Positions 12,266 to 20,469 of a stretch of 32,000 nucleotides of DNA are shown here, piece by piece. The stretch is from positions 1-32,000 of the forward strand of contig NZ_JAYKGW010000155.1 in NCBI RefSeq assembly GCF_035285525.1. The letters run 5' to 3'. The notes below the pieces were generated by a model. That model ran no database searches. It had not been told where the DNA came from and was given only the letters and a program-made list of their open reading frames with translations. This stretch comes from Okeania sp. (lineage in GTDB: Bacteria > Cyanobacteriota > Cyanobacteriia > Cyanobacteriales > Microcoleaceae). Position 1 is the first letter of the stretch. Every line of letters starts with the position of its first letter. The position numbers and the translations under genes were made by a program.

Positions 12266-12419
12266 AGAGTATGGGTTATTTTCTATCTTTTCTTATGGTT
12301 TAGATGAGCATATTATATAATCATTAGTCCAGAGTTTGGTTATTGTGTTATTTAGATTTTTTTACCATAAGATACAGCAGTAGTCAAGTTATAATTTCAA
12401 GTCGTAAAGGGTAAGGCAG

Positions 12420-12574
12420 AAGGCAGGAGGGTGTAGGGGAGTAGGGGGAGTAGGGGAGTAGGGGGAGTAGGGGAGAAAGATTCTGGTTGGGTTTCGCATT
12501 TCCATGCTCCGCAACCCTAAAGGGAACAACCCAACCTATATTGAACCATTTAAGGTGTGTCAGTCTAGTAGAGG
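12420..12574. repeat. Composite repeat: (GGGGAGTA)n octamer run + GTTGGGTTTCG...AACCCAAC hairpin + CATTTAAGGTGTGTCAGTCTAGTAG end
   Basis: The same three-part arrangement recurs in the same orientation at 28928-29052. Track ORF 12384..12584 is composed of this repeat and is rejected. Confidence 0.7.
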
Positions 12575-12944
12575 ACTGTTTCATCTAATAACTGTGCAGA
12601 GGGATTTTCTCTCTTGCTACCTTGTCTACCTTGTCTAGACACAATCAAAAAGTAATGCACCATTTAAGATGAAACAATACAGTACTGATTATCCAAAAAT
12701 CATATTAGTAGGATTTATTTGAGTTAGTAAAGCTATTACAGGCAAGATGTCTGTACGTCTGTGGTACTTCAATCATCATAACTTTTAAACAGGTGACATG
12801 ATTGATTCGACTTGATTCTATTTTTCTGATCGCTTATCCTACAGAATACTGGTCAACTGGAAGATTGGAAAAACTATTGGAAATAGGTGTTAATCAGATT
12901 TAATTAGGACTGACAAATTCTGTTCGCAGAAATCTCATGAAACT

Positions 12945-13045
12945 AGGACTTGCGCAGAAACTGGGTTGATTTAGGGAAATTTTGTTGTTTGAAGAACAAT
13001 ATCACCGCCATCAACCTGGTTTCTTGGTTGTGCGTGCGTAAGTCC
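12945..13045. mobile_element. AGGACTTACGCA-family element, subfamily with a GAAACYGGGTTGAT...AACCYGGTTTCTTGGT interior
   Basis: Ends are AGGACTTGCGCA ... GTGCGTAAGTCC. It has the same subfamily and orientation as 20563-20678. Confidence 0.75.
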
Positions 13046-13117
13046 AGATGAAGTCATTTGTAAGAAAAAATTTTAGGGGTTTCGAGACCAAACCCCGTTA
13101 GATAAAATATTACAATG

Positions 13118-13311
13118 TCAGAACTAAAGGCATGAATGCTAATTTTAGGGTGTGTTTTGACTTTATTATGTCTGTCCCGGAGCATTTTGCTCCGGGACAT
13201 GTTTGCGGAAATGTAGCATCCCGTAGGGAATCATTCCGCAGGAAAGGAAAAAGCGCACAACGCACAACGCACCAAGACTCTATAGATAGATAGTACCTTT
13301 GCATAAGTCCT
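13118..13311 (-). mobile_element. AGGACTTACGCA-family element (reverse orientation, degenerate far end)
   Basis: The reverse complement reads CAGGACTTATGCAAAGGTACTAT...GGTGCGTTGTGCGTTGTGCGC...CACCCTAAAATTAGCATTCATGCCTTTAGTTCTGA, which parallels the copy at 28049-28205. Track ORF 13110..13304 lies inside it and is rejected. Confidence 0.65.
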
Positions 13312-14291
13312 GATATATTTAAGTTTCCTGAAAAAGTCTAATAGTGATGATAGGGAACATTTAACTAGGAAATTGATTTTGCATAACAGTCATTGCGACG
13401 ATAGAAAGCAATTTCAGAGACCTAAAGAGATTGCTTCTTTCCACTTCTAATGACTTAAGTATAGAATTATCCGGATTTTATATACTTTGGATATTATTGC
13501 GGAATGGGAGCACATTCCGCACCGAAGAACTGACGTCTAATATCTGAATGGGAGCGCATTCCACAGGAAATGCTTACATTAGGAATTATGAATAATTACT
13601 TTATGTATTAGGGGGTTAAGGATGATTAACCCCCTATAAATTTTGTATATTTTCATCTTTTTGTAACTTATCATACATTATGAAAATATAGATTTAATTT
13701 GATGGGTTTACCTAATTAATTAATTAGGGTATGTAAATATAGCAATTTATATACTGATGAGGTCAAAAGTTTCGATTTGAGCTAACCTTAACCAGGAATA
13801 AAAAGAAAAAGATAAGTTTATCTCACGAGCTTAAAAACCGCTATACATTTTTTCCTACTTTACGATAACTTCATATTAGTCATAATATCTTGTTTTCACT
13901 ACAACATATAAATGACTAGGTAACATTTTTTATTTTGTTATTTTGCTCAGTATAATTTTGGTTTCAAGCCTATATTAATACAAATATAGTAATCTTATTT
14001 TCATCCTATCCAAAATTGCTTTGCTTTGAGTGCATAAGGAACAGAGAATAGTAAATAGGTGAAAGTTTAGGTTTTTTTATTGACTTTTTGATTTATCGGA
14101 AACAATTTAGGATGGCTATATAGCTTCAGTATATTAAATGTGTTTAGGTATAAAATGATCATAGACTTAGATGAAATATTTCCGTATAAAAACTATTGAA
14201 GCGAGTTAAATACCAGAAGAGTTTTTAAAGATTCAGTAAATTTATAGACAAAGGGTTGTCATGTTTAAGTAAGAATGGCTATAGTGTATTT

Positions 14292-14571
14292 GTCAGGGAA
14301 AAAAAAGTTAACTAACCCTCCAAAACCAGGAAAAGAACTGCAAGCTTCTATCTACGAAAATATCTAAATAAACTAATCATTGATGTCATCATTACTGACT
14401 GAATAGTAAGAGTAGCTATTGTCTGTATGTCAGTGAAAAAAAAGTTAACTAACCCTCCAAAATCAGGAAAAAAACTTCAAGTTTCTGTCTACACAAATAT
14501 CTGAAGAAACTAATCATTTACCTCATAATTACTGAAAAAAATTCGACATAATTAATTAAGGAGTTCTCAAA
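14292..14571 (+). promoter_or_regulatory. Doubled ~135-nt leader module directly upstream of PEP-CTERM gene 1, including the RBS AAGGAG
   Basis: Copies at 14292-14428 and 14429-14571 share GTCAG.GAAAAAAAAGTTAACTAACCCTCCAAAA.CAGGAAAA and CAAG.TTCT.TCTAC..AAATATCT.AA.AAACTAATCATT......CAT.ATTACTGA. AAGGAG lies 8 nt before the ATG. Confidence 0.6.
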
Positions 14572-15255
14572 ATGAAAAACCAAATCGTTGCTTCCATTCT
14601 TGCTGTTCCTTTCGCTTTAGGTGCTGTATTCGCTGGTGCTGCTAATGCTTTTGAAGGTAGTGCTCAACTAAATGGTACTCCACTATTTGAATTAGATTGG
14701 AGTACAGAAGGAAATACAACAGCTACATTATCTAGTAATTCATTGACCTTTACTCCAGATGTAGCTGGTGTGTCACTGACATCACAAACAGGAGATTTTT
14801 TAGGTTTTGACATTGCACAAATCCAAGATGTGATTACATTTGACCCTTTTGAGGCAGAAAACCCTTTTCTAGACTTCGGTTCAGTCATTCCAGAGGGTCT
14901 ATCTCCTACAAACTCTACTATTAATGATGGTGAAAATGTTTTTATCCTCACTGATTTGGATTACGATGTTAGACAAGTGGCAACTAACTTAGTCGGTATT
15001 GATATAATACTTTATGGAGACTTTAATATTGGTGGAGAAGTAACTTCTGGTCAAGGTCTCTTCACATTACAATATGCTCAAAACGGTGCAACAGTAGATT
15101 CAGTCAACGCACAAATTAATAGTGATACTGGTCTCGAAGGTCTAGCTCTTTCTGGTGCTGTGTTCACTACTTCTGTTCCTGAACCAACTGCATTATTCGG
15201 TATTGGTGTTTTTGCTACAGGTTTAGTTGCTAGTCGTCGTCAGAAAAAATCTTAA
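14572..15255 (+). CDS. PEP-CTERM sorting-domain secreted protein, paralog 1
   Basis: Strong RBS and a signal peptide (MKNQIVASILAVPFALGAVFAGAANA). The C-terminus is VPEP-TALFGIGVFATGLVASRRQKKS, that is a PEP motif, a TM helix and a basic tail. Confidence 0.88.
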   Translation: MKNQIVASILAVPFALGAVFAGAANAFEGSAQLNGTPLFELDWSTEGNTTATLSSNSLTFTPDVAGVSLTSQTGDFLGFDIAQIQDVITFDPFEAENPFLDFGSVIPEGLSPTNSTINDGENVFILTDLDYDVRQVATNLVGIDIILYGDFNIGGEVTSGQGLFTLQYAQNGATVDSVNAQINSDTGLEGLALSGAVFTTSVPEPTALFGIGVFATGLVASRRQKKS

Positions 15256-15412
15256 GTAAAAATCTGGCGTTCGGGTGAGCGATCGCCCTACCTTTACTGA
15301 GAAACTCGGTTCAGATTCAATGCTGAATACATACACAGGACTCCTGATGAAGTCATTTGTGAGAAAAAAACTATAGGGGTTTGGTCTTCAAACCCCTACC
15401 ATAAATAAAATT

Positions 15413-15526
15413 AGGACTTACGCAAAGCAAGGTATTTCTGTCCGATACGAGCGACAGCGTTTGCGGAGCATTCCGTCAGGAAAGCAATCTCAAATGACCA
15501 AAGCTCCTCGATTATGCGTAAGTCCT
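15413..15526. mobile_element. AGGACTTACGCA-family element
   Basis: AGGACTTACGCAAAGCAAGG...GAGCATTCCGTCAGGAAAGCAA...GATTATGCGTAAGTCCT. Confidence 0.75.
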
Positions 15527-15734
15527 GTAAAATGTTACGATATATTTAGGGTTTCCTGAAAAAGTCTAGTAGTTATGACAGGGAACACTTAACTAGGAAA
15601 TTGATTTTGCATAACAACTCTAAGTAGTCCCTATCCATGATAGGAAGCAATTTCAGAGCTGCGTAGAGATTGCTATCCTTACCGAATGCTGCGCCAATCT
15701 TCCACTCCGTTTCAGTTCCAATGACTTAAATATC

Positions 15735-15823
15735 AGGACTTACGCAAAGGTACTATATGTAGAGTTAAAAAACTATTGCGCAATAGTTTTAACCACTATA
15801 TCTAGGGTCGCTGCGTAAGTCCT
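15735..15823. mobile_element. AGGACTTACGCA-family element (AAAAAACTATTGCGCAATAGTTTTAA interior); filled site relative to unit 1
   Basis: Sibling of 27898-27994. It is absent from the paralogous site in unit 1, which reads ATGACTTAAGTAT^AGAATTATCCGG at about 13451-13474. Confidence 0.8.
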
Positions 15824-15830
15824 GATATAT

Positions 15831-15923
15831 AGGACTGAAGCCATGAGTTACGAAAAACAGGGGTTTGAGATTGCTTCTCTTCGGTCGTATCGAACGAAAA
15901 TACGTTGCAGTTGCGTAAGTCCT
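15831..15923. mobile_element. AGGAC...GCGTAAGTCCT element with a degenerate left end, second insertion at the same site
   Basis: AGGACTGAAGCC...GGGGTTTGAGATTGCTTCTCTTCGG...GCAGTTGCGTAAGTCCT. The GGTTTGAGATTGCTT interior is shared with 17864-18008. Confidence 0.65.
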
Positions 15924-16558
15924 GATAGAATTATCCGGATTCTATATACTTTGGATATTATTGTTGAATGGGAGGGGATTCCACAGAAAGAGCTGACAGT
16001 TAATAGCTGAATGGGAGCGCATTCCACAGGAAATGCTTACATTAGGACTTACGAATAATTACTTTATGTATTAGGGGGTTAATGATTATTAACCCCCTAT
16101 GAATTTTGCATACTTTCATCTTTTCCTAATTTATAATTCATTATGAAAATATAAAGTTAACTTTATGGCCTTACCTAATTAATTAAGGTATGTAAACATA
16201 GGAATTTCTATACTGATGAGGTATAAAAGTTTGGATTTTAGCTAACATTAATAGGCAATAACAAAGATAAATAGATTAGTTTGCCCCACAAACTTGAAAA
16301 ACACATACATTTTTTCATGTTTTACTATAACTTAATATTAATAAAAATATTTTTTCACTTCATATAAACGACTAATTAAAATTTATTATTTTGTGGTTTT
16401 CATAACTATAATGAGGATTTTAAGCCTATATTCCTGGAAATATAGTCATCTTATTTTAGCATTAAGATCAGTTAAATTACACAAGATTTTTTTAAAGATT
16501 CGGTAAATTAATAGATAAGGGGTTGTCATACTTAAGTAAGAATGGCTATAGTGTATTC

Positions 16559-16834
16559 ATCAGGGAAAAAAGTTCATTAACTCTCCAAAATAGAGAGAAT
16601 AAATTCAAGCTTATATCTACGAAAATATCTTAATAAACTAATCATTGATGTCATAATTACTTACTAAATAGTAAGAGTAGTTATTGTATATATATCACTG
16701 AAAAAAAGTTCACTAACTATCCCAAACATGGAAAAGAACATCAAGTTTATGTCTATACAAATATCTGAATAAATTAATCATTGACATCATAATTACTGAA
16801 AAAACTCGACATAACTAATTAAGGAGTCCTCAAA
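16559..16834 (+). promoter_or_regulatory. Doubled ~135-nt leader module directly upstream of PEP-CTERM gene 2, including the RBS AAGGAG
   Basis: Copies at 16559-16693 and 16694-16834 are homologous to each other and to the two modules at 14292-14571. Confidence 0.6.
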
Positions 16835-17461
16835 ATGAAAAACCAAATCGTTGCTTCCATTCTTTCTGTTCCTTTTGCTTTAGGTGCTGCTGTATTCGCT
16901 ACTACTGGTGCTGCTAATGCTGCTTCTTTAAGTGGTAGTTTCCAATTTGATGGTTCAGGCGATCCTCCAACTACCCTTATTCTTACCGATGATCAACTTG
17001 ATTTCAATCCTGATGATGCACAGCTTGACCTCAAACTACAAACAGAAAGTTTTACATCTTTTGATTCTGCTTTCATTTATGACTTAGAAAACCCAGTTAA
17101 TCCTAATCCTAGTTTATTTATCGATTTAGGCGATCAAGATGGTGAGAACCTTTTATATGTTAACAACATAGGAGAATATGTCTATACTGGTGTTGGTTTG
17201 TCAACTATTATAGGTATTTCATTCGATGGTTTCTTTGAGAGCACCACTGGTGAAATATCACAGGCAACAGGTTTAATTAGTCTCACCGCAAACGATACTG
17301 TTGCAAATGTACAAAATGCTGTAGAAAATGGTACTGGTATTCAGGCAAGTTTCACTGGTTTTAGTGTTGCTACTACTTCTGTTCCTGAACCAACTACATT
17401 ATTTGGTCTAGGTGTTGTTGCTACAGGTTTAGTTGCTAGTCGTCGTAAGAAAGATGCTTAA
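16835..17461 (+). CDS. PEP-CTERM sorting-domain secreted protein, paralog 2
   Basis: Same RBS and a near-identical signal peptide (MKNQIVASILSVPFALGAAVFATTGAANA). Same tail (VPEPTTLFGLGVVATGLVASRRKKDA). The mature region is only distantly similar to paralog 1. Confidence 0.88.
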   Translation: MKNQIVASILSVPFALGAAVFATTGAANAASLSGSFQFDGSGDPPTTLILTDDQLDFNPDDAQLDLKLQTESFTSFDSAFIYDLENPVNPNPSLFIDLGDQDGENLLYVNNIGEYVYTGVGLSTIIGISFDGFFESTTGEISQATGLISLTANDTVANVQNAVENGTGIQASFTGFSVATTSVPEPTTLFGLGVVATGLVASRRKKDA

Positions 17462-17617
17462 GTAAAAATCTGCTGATAGGGTGAGCGATCGCCCTACCCT
17501 CTGCTTTCCTCCAAAGTGTAACTATTCAACCGGACATGATCGGGACTTACCCAAAGAAACGCGGTTTCTAAAGTAAATCATTGTTTTTGACAATAAACAT
17601 TTACCGAAGAATTAATA

Positions 17618-17860
17618 ATTAGAGTTTGCGCTTCTTCAGTCTTTTAGTAGCGGGGAGGAGCCAGAATCGAGCAATCCAGAAGGAATGGTCATTACAGAAG
17701 AGGTAGGAGGAAGAATTATCCCTTGATTTTCTGTCACAATTAGCCAAAAATACTAGACTTTTTAGCTTTCAAGATCTAAAAGCTGGTACTTTTTCCCGAC
17801 TAAAAAAGCTGACACCTTTATCTATTAATGCTTTCATGCTTTTTTCACAGACCCTAATTA
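17618..17860 (+). mobile_element. ~245-bp MITE (TAGRGTTTGC...CCCTAATTA family), copy A, left of the PAD-like gene
   Basis: Collinear and in the same orientation as 20732-20982. The central stretch of more than 100 nt (CCAGAAGGAATGGTCATTACAGAAGAGGTAGGAGGAAGAATTATC.CTTGATTTTCTGTCACAATTAGCCAAAAATACTAGACTTTTTAGCTTTCAA) differs at one position by eye. Confidence 0.85.
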
Positions 17861-17863
17861 ACC

Positions 17864-18008
17864 AGGACTTACGCATTAGAAATGCAATTTCAAGGTTTGA
17901 GATTGCTTTCCTTCAGAATGCTGCGCTTTCCATGTCGCGAAGTGAAACGCTGTTGCTTGCGCTGCGAGTCGCGCCATGACAAAAATACGCTGCGGGTGCG
18001 TAAGTCCT
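17864..18008. mobile_element. AGGACTTACGCA-family element
   Basis: AGGACTTACGCATTAGAAATGC...GGTTTGAGATTGCTTTCC...GCTGCGGGTGCGTAAGTCCT. It abuts MITE copy A. Confidence 0.8.
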
Positions 18009-18157
18009 GTTAACATTAACTTAGGTTGAATTATCAAAAAATTGATTCTGTTTATGCTAATGAGTTAATAACTGGAGTCTTGCCCAAGCATAGCACTATT
18101 TTTAGGAATTGGTATAAAACAAATGTAGAGTCTCTCCAATTACTGAGGTAAAGTTAG

Positions 18158-18225
18158 TTTTCTTCTTTTCTTCTTTTCTTCTTTTCTTCTTTTCTTCTTT
18201 TCTTCTTTTCTTCTTTTCTTCTTTT
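18158..18225. repeat. Octanucleotide microsatellite (TTTTCTTC on the plus strand, GAAGAAAA on the gene strand), about 8.5 units
   Basis: A perfect tandem run, read directly. It ends exactly at the stop codon (18226-18228) of the PAD-like gene. Confidence 0.95.
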
Positions 18226-20469
18226 CTACTCCCTATTCCCTAAAAAAGATTTCCAGAAAGAATAATTTTTTCCTAAACGAGTTGTATTCGTAGCATCCTG
18301 AACATTGCCTTTCAATTCTTGATAATATTTATCGTCCATAAAATTAATATTTAAACTAGAATCAGCCACCAATCTCCGGAATTTTTCCTCAGTATAATCT
18401 CTCCCATTAATTAATGCTCCTCCAGGATTGGAAACCAATAATTCTCCATTAATCGCTACCGAATTAACCATATTCGGCCACCAAGCATAACCGCTATATC
18501 CAAACATTGCTGGCACTCTAATTATCTGTTGATCAGTCAGATTAAATTCCTGTTTTAACTTCTCTATTAATGGATTTATTTTTTCCCTTTGTAAATAGAG
18601 ATTATGCTCAATTAATCTAGTATTTTTTAAAGTAGCTCTTACTGTTGTTTGAGTGCTTGAACCACGATTTATAGCAGCTTGACCATAACCTTGTTGACTC
18701 AATTCTTCTAATAATTTAACCCCCGCTTCTGGACTCACAATTAACATTAATGGTTTGCCAAATTTGCTAGGAATAAAATTAATAATTTCATCAACATGAC
18801 GAATCATTAACCAAGAAGTATCAATATCAACTGGCGGACCTTGAACTTTCTGTGCTTTAATAAAGTCAATAATTTCAGGATTCATACCTACTTCTCCTGC
18901 TTTACCATAATATATTCTTCCCATCGGATATCCTGGTAAAGATGGTGTCACCTCCAGATTTCCATAACCATCCACCCATCTATTTAGAGGATCAAGTCGT
19001 CTAGGTTGACCAACTTCAAACCAACCAAAATTTTCTTTGAGAAGACTGAGAGAATATTGGTCATTTTCCCCCTCACGATTAGCTTTGAGGACCACATTCA
19101 TATTATGGAGCTGACCTTGACTGGGAAACTGCACATAACCTATTTCTTGAGTGTCTTGCATCCAGGTAGTGCCACCAGGATTAATTTTTGCTGTGGCACC
19201 TGTTTTTTCAATAATTTCTCTAATTTTATTAATAAACTCTTCATTGGCAAAACCACGATCGCTCACATGAAGTTCTTTGACTGGAGCAGTATTAGGAGAC
19301 ATTAACCAAGGAACCACACCTATTTGAATACTATCAGTAGCAATTTGTTGACCATTTTTTTCAGCGATCGCCTTCAAATTAACTACTCCTTTCCAGTTGC
19401 GATCAGCAAATTGTTTTGCTTCTACACCTAATACTATTTTATCCCCAGGTATCAAAGCTTCAATGCCAGAAATATCTACTCTTTCCCATCCATATTCTGT
19501 TTTTTGGAAAACATTGATATAATCACTAACATTTGCATCTGTAGAAATATAAATTTGAGCATCCCGATAAGTTTCTGCCAATTGAATATTAATCATAGCT
19601 AAATCTGCTACATCACTTTCACCATTAACATATTGATCTTCCCAGTCTGGAATGAAATCATTGTTATCATCATCATTATTAAATAACATCAACGCACCTG
19701 TTGATAAAGACCATTTTTCTCTATCTGACTTATCAGTTTCATCCAGTTTCCCATCTCTGTTAGTATCACCATAAATTGTGAAACCAGGGGATAAACTATA
19801 TGCAATAGGTGAATGAGTTTCAGTATTATTATTTATTTGATTTTCTGTATCTTCTTCCCATGCTCTTGCTGCTATTACTTTTTCATAACAAGCAACTGCT
19901 AAATACCCCTGGTATTCTATCATTTTTTCAATCGCTCGATCTGTCATCAATGAATCTTGAGGTATTTGTCGCAAAGTTTCAATTGCCTCTAACCATAAAT
20001 TTTCTGCTTCTTGCCATGTTTGATAATTTGGCTGTTTATTTTTTCCTTTTGCTACTGCATTAGTTGCTATGCTCAGTGCTTGTTTCCAATTTTCAACAGC
20101 TTTTTCTTCTTTAATAATTCTTGCTTCTAAACTACGGAAATCTTTCAAAGTTTTTTCATATTGTCGCACTTGAAATTGGTATTGCCAAGGTTCTATTTTA
20201 TTTTGAAAATTTGGCATTTTAGATACTTTATCAAGTTCTTTTTTTAGTTGGTTTTTAACCTCGTAAAGTTCTGGTAGAGAAGTTATTTGTTCAGGAATTT
20301 TTATACTGTTATTTGCCAAATTAATAGTTTCTAACAAAGAAACTTCTGAACTTTCTGGTTGAAGAAGTGAAGATTGTGCTACTGCTTGAGGCATAGGTAT
20401 CCAAATAATTCCTACCAATGCTCCCACAGTATTAACTAGAGCTATTTTAACGTATCGCATCCAACCCAT
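18226..20469 (-). CDS. Secreted protein-arginine deiminase (PAD)-like protein lacking the catalytic cysteine
   Basis: Start chosen at ATG 20469 (GAAAGGA lies 8 nt upstream); the track ORF begins at a TTG at 20517. It has a signal peptide ending AVA|QS, a helical N-terminal region, then PAD middle-domain and catalytic-domain motifs: WMQDTQEIGY, GYGNLEVTP, YPMGRIYYG, HVDEIINFIP, WWPNMVNSV. The expected GEVHCGTN motif reads GNVQDATN. Confidence 0.8.
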   Translation of the reverse strand: MGWMRYVKIALVNTVGALVGIIWIPMPQAVAQSSLLQPESSEVSLLETINLANNSIKIPEQITSLPELYEVKNQLKKELDKVSKMPNFQNKIEPWQYQFQVRQYEKTLKDFRSLEARIIKEEKAVENWKQALSIATNAVAKGKNKQPNYQTWQEAENLWLEAIETLRQIPQDSLMTDRAIEKMIEYQGYLAVACYEKVIAARAWEEDTENQINNNTETHSPIAYSLSPGFTIYGDTNRDGKLDETDKSDREKWSLSTGALMLFNNDDDNNDFIPDWEDQYVNGESDVADLAMINIQLAETYRDAQIYISTDANVSDYINVFQKTEYGWERVDISGIEALIPGDKIVLGVEAKQFADRNWKGVVNLKAIAEKNGQQIATDSIQIGVVPWLMSPNTAPVKELHVSDRGFANEEFINKIREIIEKTGATAKINPGGTTWMQDTQEIGYVQFPSQGQLHNMNVVLKANREGENDQYSLSLLKENFGWFEVGQPRRLDPLNRWVDGYGNLEVTPSLPGYPMGRIYYGKAGEVGMNPEIIDFIKAQKVQGPPVDIDTSWLMIRHVDEIINFIPSKFGKPLMLIVSPEAGVKLLEELSQQGYGQAAINRGSSTQTTVRATLKNTRLIEHNLYLQREKINPLIEKLKQEFNLTDQQIIRVPAMFGYSGYAWWPNMVNSVAINGELLVSNPGGALINGRDYTEEKFRRLVADSSLNINFMDDKYYQELKGNVQDATNTTRLGKNYSFWKSFLGNRE

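Larger units (their letters stand above)
13047..15345 (+). repeat. Tandem segmental duplication, unit 1 (long leader + PEP-CTERM gene + conserved 3' tail)
   Basis: Collinear with 15346-17510, with an offset of about 2.3 kb. Shared blocks include GATGAAGTCATTTGT.AGAAAAAA, GGGTTTCCTGAAAAAGTCTA.TAG, AGAATTATCCGGATT.TATATACTTTGGATATTATTG, the AGGGGGTTAA...TTAACCCCCT hairpin, GGTTGTCAT.(C/T)TTAAGTAAGAATGGCTATAGTGTATT, the RBS, the signal peptide, the PEP-CTERM tail and GTAAAAATCTG...GGGTGAGCGATCGCCCTACC. Confidence 0.85.
15346..17510 (+). repeat. Tandem segmental duplication, unit 2
   Basis: See unit 1. Relative to unit 1 it carries two extra AGGACTTACGCA-family insertions (15735-15923) and lacks about 200 nt that are present at about 13990-14200. 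Confidence 0.85.

Noticed and set aside
12384-12584. A 66-aa ORF (…PLLPLLPYSPYSPTPS…).
   Set aside because: It is a translation of the (GGGGAGTA)n octamer run and an adjacent hairpin repeat. The same repeat at 28928-29052 is not in frame.
13110-13304. A 64-aa ORF.
   Set aside because: It lies inside a palindromic AGGACTTACGCA-family element. Its sibling at 28049-28205 has no equivalent ORF.
13047-17510. The hypervariable core with conserved ends in the PEP-CTERM paralogs suggested a diversity-generating retroelement (template/variable repeat).
   Set aside because: There is no reverse transcriptase gene in the window and no adenine-specific mismatch pattern. The divergence includes indels and affects all bases.
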